Shown in pieces: positions 24,601 to 34,899 of a stretch of 64,000 nucleotides of DNA. Source of the DNA: Azolla caroliniana (taxonomy: Eukaryota > Plantae > Polypodiophyta); assembly GCA_043228905.1 (NCBI GenBank), contig JBHGNT010000012.1, positions 6,076,001 to 6,140,000 of the forward strand, given 5' to 3'. A model generated the notes under the pieces. That model saw nothing but the letters and a program-made list of their open reading frames with translations, was not told where the DNA came from and ran no database searches. Position 1 is the first letter of the stretch. Each line of letters begins with the position of its first letter. The position numbers and the translations under genes were made by a program.

Positions 24601-26510
24601 GCCACAGATGTCTAAGTGGACTAAATCGAGGGGGCTCAATTCTCTTGGTGTTGATGTTGGGTGTGATGTGGCTACCTGTTTGCCGTACTGGCAATGCTCG
24701 CAGAATTGGTGATCCGAGAAGGAGAGCTTGGGGATGTAACCGGCTCTGGATAGGTGCGTTATGTCGGCCTTGCTGAGGTGTCCAAGTCGTCCACGCCATA
24801 ACGATGACACGGGGATATCAACCACAAATAAGTCACCCTCTTTGAGCGTGACATATAAAGGATACAAAGAGTGTACCTTGGGTCCTCGAGCAAACAGAAG
24901 GTTCCCTTTATGGAGTGTCCACTCTCCTGATGAGAACGTGGCACGGATGCCGGCTTCGTCAAGTTGTCCAACTGAGATCAAGGGTCTTGATAGCTCAGGA
25001 ACGTGTCGGACATTGTGTAGTACAAGTGTAGAGCCACCCGGAAGGTTGAGCTCTATGGTGCCGATTCCGATTATGGCACAGTGTTGCGCGTTTCCGACTC
25101 AAACTGAGTTGGAGGTGCCGGTCCGAGTATTGCCAAAACTGAGATCAGTGAGGTGTCACATGATACGATGCGCCCGAGTCCAGGAGCCATGTGCTCGATT
25201 CCTCAGTCGTAAGCAGAACTTCTTATTCGACTGGGTTCTCTATGGACAGTATGTTCGGGTCGGTCGTCAAAATTTCGGCTGAAGAGCCGACATAGTTGAC
25301 CTCCTCATGCCAGCTACTCTTCTAATCCGCTCTTTGAGCTTTGTCAGTTTTTTCTTTGAGTGCCCGGCAGTCGGCTTTGATGTGTCACGGTTTCTTGTAG
25401 TAGTTGCAGATTCGGTTGTCCCGGGACTTGCTCCAGCTTCGCTGATTGTTCGGCGGTCGGGAAGAACTTCTTCCCCGGTTGTTCGATCAGTCAGTCGAAC
25501 CTTGTACTACGTAAGCTTCATTTGCCGAGTCTTTGGCAAAAGACTTTCTCCGAGCTGCTTCAGTCAGGATTGCGCTCGTGACTTTGGAGTACTTAACGGC
25601 AGCTATTGAAGCATTGCACACGGTTGTAACGAAAGTTTCCCATGAAGAGGGGAGACTACTCATGAGTATCATTGCTCTGAGTTCATCCTCGATTGCCATC
25701 CCCTGAGACAAGATTTGGGAGCTTATGCTTTCGTACTCGTTGAGGTGTGCCTGAACCGAATCGGATTCTTTCATCCGCAAGTTGTAGAGGCGCCGGATCA
25801 GATACATCTTCGTTGCGGCAAACTTCTTTTCATAAGTTTCCGACAGTGTTTTCCAAAGTTCAAACATTGTCGTGCATGATTGCACTGTGAAGTACATTGA
25901 CTCCGACAAGTGCATCCGAATCGTGGCGTGGACGATTCTGTCCAGCTTTAGCCACTCGTTTGCCTTGTATGCTTCTGGAGGATTTTCATTCTCAATCGGG
26001 TCTATTTGACCCATGACTATGAGATAGTCCTGCATTTGTTCCTTCCAGAAGTTGAAGTTCGAACCGTCGAACCTCCTTAGACTCATCTCCGATGAGCCGG
26101 ATGTTGATGCCCTCTGCTTCGGTTTCGGTTGGTAAGACTCGGTTCGGAGTTGACCACGAATCTTAGTGGGGTGCAGCAGGTCGGCTCACCCGATATCGTT
26201 CTAGTCGGTTTTGAACCCGAGTCGGTTTCGTTTTGGATACTTGTTGTTGAACTTGCTCGGAGTGACTACGATAACTTGAGGGACAGAACCAGCTAGTCTT
26301 CCCGAATGTTGCCAAGTCGCAGTGAGCCTAGTTAGCTTCCGATCGTATGTCGAATACCAATTACACGAAACCGATTGTTTGGGCCGATTCTGCTTTGGAT
26401 GACTGCAACGATGAGAGGGACGGATCCAACTGATCCTCCCGAATGTCGATCAGCCGATTGAAGCACGAAGTGGTTGTTGCCAGGAGACCAATCTGCAGCG
26501 GGTTGAGGAC
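21563..26510 (-). mobile_element. Degenerate Ty1/copia 'C' (same family as intact copia E); 3' LTR 21563-21887, PPT 21888-21898; 5' LTR and PBS deleted
   Basis: gag at 26086 (MSLRRFDGSNFNFWKEQMQDY) through RNase H, collinear with the 1343-aa ORF but with stops. The LTR starts TGTCGAATACAAGTG like element E. Confidence 0.93.
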
Positions 26511-26896
26511 TACTACCTCTTCATGAAAATAGCTCAAGATGGGCCTCCCATCTTCCACATCTTATATGTGGATGACATGCTACACTCCAGCAGCCATGCC
26601 GGCGAGCTTGCCGATCTCATTCGGCAAATGCAGTTGAAGTTCCAATGAAGGACCTAGGTCCCACTCGACACATTCTTGGAATCAAGATCAATCGGCTCCA
26701 AAATCAGCGACAATTGCTTTTGTTTCTCAAATCGACTACATCAAACGTGTCCTGGAGCGCATCAACATGCACTCGACCAAATCTGATTCGACCCTGCTCC
26801 CTGAATGTGGTTGATCATCCAATCTTCGGTTGCCTCAACGAGACTGCCCTACATTCGGGCCAGATGGTGAAGATATGAAGTCAGTACCGCATGCAC
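26504..26896 (+). mobile_element. Plus-strand RT fragment of a further copy ('D') of the copia C/E family
   Basis: EDYYLFMKIAQDGPPIFHILYVDDML...MKDLGPTRHILG...GEDMKSVP. Confidence 0.85.
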
Positions 26897-26956
26897 TGAG
26901 CGAGACGACGTTCCCGAAGAAGAGCCGAGGGGTCAGGTTCCACCGCATGTCAAAAG

Positions 26957-27014
26957 ACACTCACACTCACACACGCATACATATATACATACATTACATG
27001 CATACATTACATAC
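26957..27014. repeat. Left part of a CA/(CATA)n microsatellite array split by the foldback element
   Basis: CATACATTACATGCATAC variants, as in 34388-34710. Confidence 0.75.
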
Positions 27015-28292
27015 TATGAAAGTGTTTTTAGAATCTAAGTCATTGAACATTAGAAGAATATAAATTATGGATAATTCACATTTGGAGGCCAAGAACACGA
27101 ACCAAGACCTTGGGAAGAAGTCAAAAGTAAAAGTAAGAGACCAAGAGAAAAGTAAAAAGAGAAAAAGCAGACCATAAAAAACAGTAAAAAAGGAATGGTC
27201 ATAACTCTTTCGTTTTCACCCAAATATTATGTTTAAATATGGTTTAGAAATCTTGTAAAGAGAGCTATCTATAGCTTTTTAAATCACTAAATTTGGAGCT
27301 CTAATGAGGAAGATATGACGATTAGAAGGTCGTTGGGTATTAGCTAAAAATAGGTGATAAAAAGCTTCTAAAAATAGCGTGAACGAGGAAGAAGAAGAAA
27401 ATTATAATAGAGAAGGGGTCCTAATAGATGGAGAGGAGTCTTAGGAAGAGGTATCTTAGTGGAAGAAGATGGTTCTTAGTAGTGGGTTTGAATGATGGGT
27501 AGTAAGAAGGTCTTTGGTTTTTAAGTTCATTGTGGAGTTTATCCTTTTTGTATTGACTTAAAGTGGAATATTATAAAATTCTTATCTCTTTCTCATCTTC
27601 CCTACCTTTTATCTTAATTTCTTGAGTTTTCCTCTCTAAATCGTAGTTATCTAGATCTATATAATCTATTATAATTCACAACTCCATCTAATCGGTTTGA
27701 TCAAGCCCTCATATTGTGTACGACTATCATCTATCTTATATGCCCTATCGTTTTGGCACTCACGCAAAAGGAGAAAGAAGTTGATGGAGGATCTAGTGCC
27801 TCAAGACAAAAGAAGAAGTCTAAGAAGAATGAGGAAGAGGAGAAATTGAGAAGGATACACTCCAAACGGAAGATAAAGAAGGAGGATATTCCTATGGGAG
27901 AAGGTGTAGAAGCTTTCAATCGGAAGCATAAATTGATATGGAGTGGACCAAGGATAACATGGCCACAACTCTCCAATTATCTCCCACATTACGAAAGGAG
28001 TGGGGAAATCTTGCAAGTATCCACCAAAGTCGGAAGACTATGCATTACGTGGGGATCGTGCGAGTAGAAGATCGAAAGGACATACGACCAACCAATAGAG
28101 ATGGCATAATGCTCAAAGGATGTCAAAAAGGCACCAACATCTTGTGTTCTTTCACCCGAAAACACAAACTGCATAGCTAAGTTAATGTAGTATGGTAACA
28201 CAAAGAAAGGATAAGTTATCCCTCCTATACGGAAAGGATCGGCTCTCCCTGGAGTGCCAAAACGATAGGGCATATAAGACAGATGATAGTCG

Positions 28293-31200
28293 TGTCGAAT
28301 ACAAGTGTATAATGGACGTATTCACACTATCCCTTTGTATAGCTTAAGTTTGGGCCATTTGTGTAATTAGCATAAATGGTAGTTGCCCTAAGTTTGTCAC
28401 TATATAAAGTGACCTAGTAACCTTTTTGTAAGGTTGGTTGTATTATTGTTTCTATTGAATAGAAAGAGTCGTTGTGCCGCCTCTCTCTCTCTCTCTCTCT
28501 CTCTATCTCTGTGCACGATCTTGGAAACTGTCATACGCAGGTACTCAACCCCAATCGAATGCTACTTGATCTTCCGCATCGACGACGGCCTTCTCTTCAA
28601 CATTTGGTATCAGAGCGAGGTCCCTCAACCCGCTGTTGGCCGTCATCACAGCCTGCACAGTATTCGGCCTTTCGCTTCATCTCAGCCTGCACAGCATTCG
28701 GTTTCCTACGTCATTCGAAGAAAAAGAGAAGAAAGTAGGCAAACACAAGCTTGAATCTCGCTGCGTTAGATCATCACTCGGAGTAAGCCAGTCGGCTGTA
28801 CTCTACTTCCTTGATCGTAACTGCTTGAGGTGGGCTTCCTGCACAACGACGACTTCAAGGACAACCCCAGTTCGTGTTTCATTCGATTGGACAATAATCG
28901 GAAGGACCAGTCGGTTCCATTGCTCTCACCGTTGCAGTCAACCGAAACCGAATCGGCTTGAAGTACTGTTGGATCGTTAAATCTAGGTTCAACTCGACTA
29001 AGACAGTTGTCGGTAGTCAATCCGAACCAAATCACCGATTCTCCGTAATCAACATCACTTGTGTCCAACTTCGGCTAGAACGACACTGAGTGGGCCAAAC
29101 CGCTGCACTTCACCAAAGTTCGTAGCCGACTTAGGGCAGAGTCATGACATCAACATCCGGCTCGTCAGAAATGAGTCTACGAAAGTTCGATGGATCGAAC
29201 TTCAACTTCTGGAAGGAGCAAATGCAGGACTATCTCATAGTCAAGGGGCAAATCGATCCCATCGAAAATGAAGTACCTCCAGAAGGATACAAACCAATTG
29301 AGTGGCAGAAGCTGGACAGAATCGTCCGCGCCACGATTCGGATGCACCTATCGGAATCGGTATACTTTACGGTGCAATCATGTACGACAGCATTCGAACT
29401 GTGGAAAACACTGTCGGACACCTACGAAAAGAAGGTCGCTGCAACAAAGATGTTTCTAATCCGGCGCCTCTACAACTTGCGGATGAAAGAATCAGATTCG
29501 GTTCAAACACATCTCAATGAGTACGAAAGCATAAGCTCCCAAATCTCATCTCAGGGGACGGCAATCGAGGATGAACTCAAAGCAATGATACTCATGAGCA
29601 GCCTTCCCTCATCATGGGAAACTTTCGTCACAACCGTGTGCAATGCGTCAACCACGGCTGTTAAATACTCCGAAGTCACGAGCGCAATCCTGACCGAAGC
29701 AGCTCGGAGAAAGTCTTTCGCCAAAGACTCAACAGACGACGCTTATGTAGTACAAGGTTCGACAGAACGATCGAACATACGAGGAAGAGATTCCTCACGG
29801 CAGCCGAACAATCAGCGAAGACGGAGCCAGTCACGGGATAATCGAATCTGCAACTATTGCAAGAAACCCGGACACATCAAAGCCGACTGCCGCGCACTCA
29901 AGAACAAGAACGACAAGTCTCAGAAATCAGACAAGAAGAGTGGCCGGCATGAGGAGATCAATTACGTCAGCTTCTCAGCTGATGTGCTACCAAACGACCC
30001 GAATATACTATCGATCGAAAATCCAGTCGGATCAGAAGTTCTGCTCACGACTGAAGAATCGAGCACATGGCTCTTAGATTCGGGCGCGTCATTTCACGTG
30101 ACTCCTCATCGATCCCAATTTCGGCAATATACGATCCGTCACTCCAACTCAGTTCGAGTCGGCAACTCGCAACACTGTGACATCATTGGAATCGGCACAG
30201 TAGAGCTCAACCTTCCAGGTGGCTCTACACTTGTACTTCACAATGTCCGACATGTACCCGAGCTCTCAAGGCCATTGATCTCAGTCGGACAACTAGATGA
30301 AGACGGCATTCGTGCCGGTTTTTCTTCGGGAGGGTGGACACTCCACAGGGGGAACCTCCTGCTTGCTAGAGGACCCAAGATACACTCACTGTATCCGTTA
30401 CATGTTACGCTCAGAGAGGGTAACCTGTTTTTGGTGGATATTCCTGTGTCATCACTATGGCACAGAAGATTAGGACACCTCAGCAAGGCCGGCATTACGC
30501 ACCTATCTAGAGCCGGATACATCCCTAAACTCTCCTTCTCGGACCATCAATTCTGCGAACAATGCCAGTATGGCAAACAAGCAGCCGCATCACACCCGAC
30601 ATCAGCACCAAGAGAAACGAGACCTCTCGATTTAGTCCACTCGGACGTCTGTGGCCCAATGCCGCATCAGTCTCTCGGCGGTGCCTCTTACTTCGTCAGT
30701 TTTATTGACGATTCGACTCGAAAGGTGTGGGCTTATCCAATTCGCACCAAAGATCGTGTCTTCTCGATCTTCTCCAATTGGCTCGCTATGGTAGAAAATC
30801 AAACTGACCGAAAACTGAAATGCTTTCGGACCGACAATGGGGGAGAGTTCAAATCAGAAGAATTCGTCAAATTCTGCCGACAACGCGGCATCCGACATGA
30901 ATTTACGGCACCACACAGTCCGGAGCAAAACGGGATTACAGAACGCATGAATCGGACAATCCAAGAACGGATAGTTTCCATGCTCCAACACTCCGGACTG
31001 TCGGATGGCTTCTGGGCAGAGGCTCTACTCACGGCAGTACACATAATCAATATGTCGCCAAGCAGACCTCTAGGACTTCAAATTCCTCAGGAACTATGGA
31101 TCGGCAGTAAGCCGAATTACGACAAGCTGAGGATCTTCGGATGCGAGGCGTACGCCCTTATTCCGAAAGATGATCGCCGAAAACTTGCACCTCGGTCCAG

Positions 31201-33676
31201 GAAATGCATTTTCCTTGGATATGGATCAGACGGCGAAATGGGATACCGACTCTGGGACCCCGAACGCAGACAAATCGTTCGAAGTTCGGACGTTGTGTTC
31301 AACGAGTCGGCTATGAATCCATCAGTCGAAACACCGATCGAAGTCCGAAGGGTAACATTTTCCGATGTGCCGACCCTTCAAGAAGGCCCCGCTTCTAACA
31401 CACGGTCAGCTTCACGGGTAGCTGAACCTTACACTACCGACTCGGACAACTCTGACTCGGCACAGCAGAATAATTCGCTTTCGGACCATCCGACCTCGAT
31501 ACCCGATACGACCAGTCCAATCATACCTCGACGATCCGAGAGACTGTCGCAACCTCCGGAGAGGTATTCTCCTGGAATTTTCTTCACCGACGCCGGCGAA
31601 CCGACGTCTTACGAAGAAGCATCGACATCTGTCGATTCAGCCACCTGGCATCTGGCGATGGAGTCGGAAATGCACTCCATTCGGGCAAACAAGACTTGGG
31701 ATCTGGTCGAATTACCTAAGAATCGACGTGCCCTTCCTTGCAAGTGGGTTTATCGACTAAAAGAGACGTCTGATTCGACCACCCCAAAGTACAAGGCCAG
31801 ATTAGTTGCGAAGGGCTTCCGACAAGAATATGGCGTCGACTTCGATGAGATTTTTTCACCAGTGGTGAAAATGACAACCCTTCGTTTTCTACTCGGCGTA
31901 GTGGCAGCCGACAACTTGGAGCTGATTCAGCTAGATGTCAAAACAGCCTTCCTCCATGGTGATCTTGAAGAGGAAATTTATATGGAGCAGCCAAAAGGCT
32001 TCGTGGCAACTGGCCAAGAACATCTAGTCTGCCGACTCAGGAAGAGTCTATACGGCCTCAAACAGGCACCGCGACAATGGTACAAGAAGTTCGACGACTT
32101 CATCCAATCGATCGGCTTCTCAAAAAGCGATGAGGACCATTGTCTCTTTACCAACACAGCTCAAGATGGATCACCAATCTTCCTCATCATTTACGTGGAC
32201 GACATGCTAATTTCTGGACGCCACGCGGGCGAACTTGCCGATCTCATTCGGCAATTGCGGTTGAAGTTTGCCATGAAGGACCTCGGTCCGGCACGACACA
32301 TACTTGGCATGAAGATTAGTCGGCATCGCGATAAACGACATCTTTTTTTGTCTCAGACCGACTATATCAGACATGTCTTGGAACGCTTCAACATGCAATC
32401 AGCCAAATCTGCTTCAACCCCGCTCCCCATGAATCTTCGGCTCTCTCAGCGAGACTGCCCGACATCCGGTCCGGAGGGGGAAGATATGAAGTCGGTACCG
32501 TATGCACCGGCAGTCGGCTCCCTTATGTACCTGATGGTCGCGACACGGCCTGATATTTCTCATGCCGTAGGAGTCGTTAGCAGATTTATGCACAATCCTG
32601 GCCGATCGCATTGGAACGCAGTCAAGCATGTGTTCAAATATCTGGCTGGCACAAAAGACCACGGCATTCTTTTCGGTCCGAACTCAACCTCAGGCGTAGT
32701 TGGTTACACCGACTCGGACTTCGCCGGCTGTATAGACAGTCGGAAATCAACAACTGGATACTGCTTCAAATTCGGCAATGGAGCAATTTCGTGGAAGTCG
32801 AAACTTCAGGAGTGCACAGCGACCTCAACGACCGAAGCAGAATATGTAGCTGCGTCCGACGCTGCAAAAGAAGCTTTGTGGCTCGGCCGGCTGGCGCACA
32901 CGTTTCGACAAGTCGACCATGACTCGGCCCCAGTTGTCTATAGCGACAGTCAAGGTGTTGTTGCCTTGTCGAAAAATCCGGTTCACCACAACGCCTCCAA
33001 ACATATCGACGTTCGATATCACTTCGTTCGGGACTGCGTCATTTCAGGGAAAATCGGTCTAGAGAAAATATCCACAACCGACAATGTCGCAGATGGAATG
33101 ACCAAGTGTCTTTCGGCAGACCGCTTTCGGTCCCTTCGGCATCAGATGGGCGTAACGATAAACCAGTCCGGTTAGAGCCGGACACAGCGCAGGATGGTTT
33201 CAGACAACCGACATCAGTTCCTTAATGATCGGCTTCAACTCTTCCGACCCGACCAGTCCGGTCTTCTGCCTTCGGACCCTGCCGACTCGAACAAAACTGA
33301 TATGTCCGAGAACCTAGGTTTATACCTGTAATCTTAGATAACCCATGTATACGCCCATTACGGGGGAGTGTCGAATACAAGTGTATAATGGACGTATTCA
33401 CACTATCCCTTTGTATAGCTTAAGTTTGGGCCATTTGTGTAATTAGCATAAATGGTAGTTGCCCTAAGTTTGTCACTATATAAAGTGACCTAGTAACCTT
33501 TTTGTAAGGTTGGTTGTATTATTGTTTCTATTGAATAGAAAGAGTCGTTGTGCCGCCTCTCTCTCTCTCTCTCTCTCTATCTCTGTGCACGATCTTGGAA
33601 ACTGTCATACGCAGGTACTCAACCCCAATCGAATGCTACTTGATCTTCCGCATCGACGACGGCCTTCTCTTCAACA
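28293..33676 (+). mobile_element. Intact, very recent Ty1/copia LTR retrotransposon 'E'
   Basis: LTRs 28293-28602 and 33369-33676 look identical except one CT unit; TG...CA ends; PBS TGGTATCAGAGC (tRNA-iMet) 28605-28616; PPT GGGGGAG 33362-33368; perfect TSD AGTCG. Confidence 0.98.
29144..33175 (+). CDS. Copia gag-pol polyprotein (gag, CCHC, protease, integrase, RT, RNase H), 1343 aa
   Basis: Uninterrupted ORF: CNYCKKPGHIKADC, WLLDSGASFH, LVHSDVCGP, TDNGGEF, IYVDDML, YTDSDFAG, KHIDVRYH. Confidence 0.97.
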   Translation: MTSTSGSSEMSLRKFDGSNFNFWKEQMQDYLIVKGQIDPIENEVPPEGYKPIEWQKLDRIVRATIRMHLSESVYFTVQSCTTAFELWKTLSDTYEKKVAATKMFLIRRLYNLRMKESDSVQTHLNEYESISSQISSQGTAIEDELKAMILMSSLPSSWETFVTTVCNASTTAVKYSEVTSAILTEAARRKSFAKDSTDDAYVVQGSTERSNIRGRDSSRQPNNQRRRSQSRDNRICNYCKKPGHIKADCRALKNKNDKSQKSDKKSGRHEEINYVSFSADVLPNDPNILSIENPVGSEVLLTTEESSTWLLDSGASFHVTPHRSQFRQYTIRHSNSVRVGNSQHCDIIGIGTVELNLPGGSTLVLHNVRHVPELSRPLISVGQLDEDGIRAGFSSGGWTLHRGNLLLARGPKIHSLYPLHVTLREGNLFLVDIPVSSLWHRRLGHLSKAGITHLSRAGYIPKLSFSDHQFCEQCQYGKQAAASHPTSAPRETRPLDLVHSDVCGPMPHQSLGGASYFVSFIDDSTRKVWAYPIRTKDRVFSIFSNWLAMVENQTDRKLKCFRTDNGGEFKSEEFVKFCRQRGIRHEFTAPHSPEQNGITERMNRTIQERIVSMLQHSGLSDGFWAEALLTAVHIINMSPSRPLGLQIPQELWIGSKPNYDKLRIFGCEAYALIPKDDRRKLAPRSRKCIFLGYGSDGEMGYRLWDPERRQIVRSSDVVFNESAMNPSVETPIEVRRVTFSDVPTLQEGPASNTRSASRVAEPYTTDSDNSDSAQQNNSLSDHPTSIPDTTSPIIPRRSERLSQPPERYSPGIFFTDAGEPTSYEEASTSVDSATWHLAMESEMHSIRANKTWDLVELPKNRRALPCKWVYRLKETSDSTTPKYKARLVAKGFRQEYGVDFDEIFSPVVKMTTLRFLLGVVAADNLELIQLDVKTAFLHGDLEEEIYMEQPKGFVATGQEHLVCRLRKSLYGLKQAPRQWYKKFDDFIQSIGFSKSDEDHCLFTNTAQDGSPIFLIIYVDDMLISGRHAGELADLIRQLRLKFAMKDLGPARHILGMKISRHRDKRHLFLSQTDYIRHVLERFNMQSAKSASTPLPMNLRLSQRDCPTSGPEGEDMKSVPYAPAVGSLMYLMVATRPDISHAVGVVSRFMHNPGRSHWNAVKHVFKYLAGTKDHGILFGPNSTSGVVGYTDSDFAGCIDSRKSTTGYCFKFGNGAISWKSKLQECTATSTTEAEYVAASDAAKEALWLGRLAHTFRQVDHDSAPVVYSDSQGVVALSKNPVHHNASKHIDVRYHFVRDCVISGKIGLEKISTTDNVADGMTKCLSADRFRSLRHQMGVTINQSG

Positions 33677-34387
33677 AGTCGTACACAATATGAGGGCTTG
33701 ATCAAACCGATTAGATGGAGTTGTGAATTATAATAGATTATATAGATCTAGGTAACTACGATTTAGAGAGGAAAACTCAAGAAATTAAGATAAAAGGTAG
33801 GGAAGATGAGAAAGAGATAAGAATTTTATAATATTCCACTTTAAGTCAATACAAAGAGGATAAACTCCACAATGAACTTAAAAACCAAAGACCTTCTTAC
33901 TACCTATCATTCAAACCCACTACTAAGAACCATCTTCTTCCACTAAGATACCTCTTCCTAAGACTCCTCTCCATCTATTAGGACCCCTTCTCTATTATAA
34001 TTTTCTTCTTCTTCCTCGTTCACGCTATTTTTAGAAGCTTTTTATCACCTATTTTTAGCTAATACCCAACGACCTTCTAATCGTCATATCTTCCTCATTA
34101 GAGCTCCAAATTTAGTGATTTAAAAAGCTATAGATAGCTCTCTTTACAAGCTTTCTAAACCATATTTAAACATAATATTTGGGTGAAAACGAAAGAGTTA
34201 TGACCATTCCTTTTTTACTGTTTTTTATGGTCCGCTTTTTCTCTTTTTACTTTTCTCTTGGTCTCTTACTTTTACTTTTGACTTCTTCCTAAGGTCTTGG
34301 TTCGTGTTCTTGGCCTCCAAATGTGAATTATCCATACTTTATATTCTTCCAATGTTCAATGGCTTAGATTCTAAAAACACTTTCACA

Positions 34388-34645
34388 CATACATACATAC
34401 ATACATACATACATACATACATACATACATACATACATACATACATTACATGCATGCATACATACATACATTACATACATACATTACATGCATGCATACA
34501 TACATGCATAGTACATACATACATACATTACATGCATAGTACATACATACATACATTACATGCATACATACATATAATACGTACATACATACATACATAC
34601 ATACAAACTTACAATACGTACAATACATAACATTACATGCATACA

Positions 34646-34676
<31 letters not shown>

Positions 34677-34710
34677 CATACAAATTTACAATATGTACAT
34701 ACATAACATA
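34388..34710. repeat. Compound (CATA)n microsatellite array
   Basis: CATA runs with CATTACATG and ACAAATTTACAATA variants. Confidence 0.95.
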
Positions 34711-34899
34711 TAGAAGCGACAAAGACAGAGAAAAGACAAAGGCAGGGAACGTTGAAGAGAACGTTGTAGAGAACGTTGTAGAAGACGAGGAAGAAGATGG
34801 CTGACACGGTACACTAGGGAACTCTGACGCAACGCCCCCGACAACTCCGCCACGGTCAGCTATCACTGTCGTCTTCAAGATCCCTAGATTTTCTTTTAA

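Larger units (their letters stand above)
27015..34387. mobile_element. Long foldback / inverted-repeat element (747-bp arms, 490-bp spacer), right arm split by copia E
   Basis: Left arm 27015-27761 is the reverse complement of 28252-28292 + 33682-34387, with few substitutions. Ends TATGAAAG...CTTTCACA. CATAC on both flanks, but within a CATA microsatellite. Confidence 0.9.

Noticed and set aside
27714-28180. Spacer ORFs of the foldback element as a transposase
   Set aside because: Short, frameshifted and Lys/Glu-rich, with no DDE or other recognisable domain.
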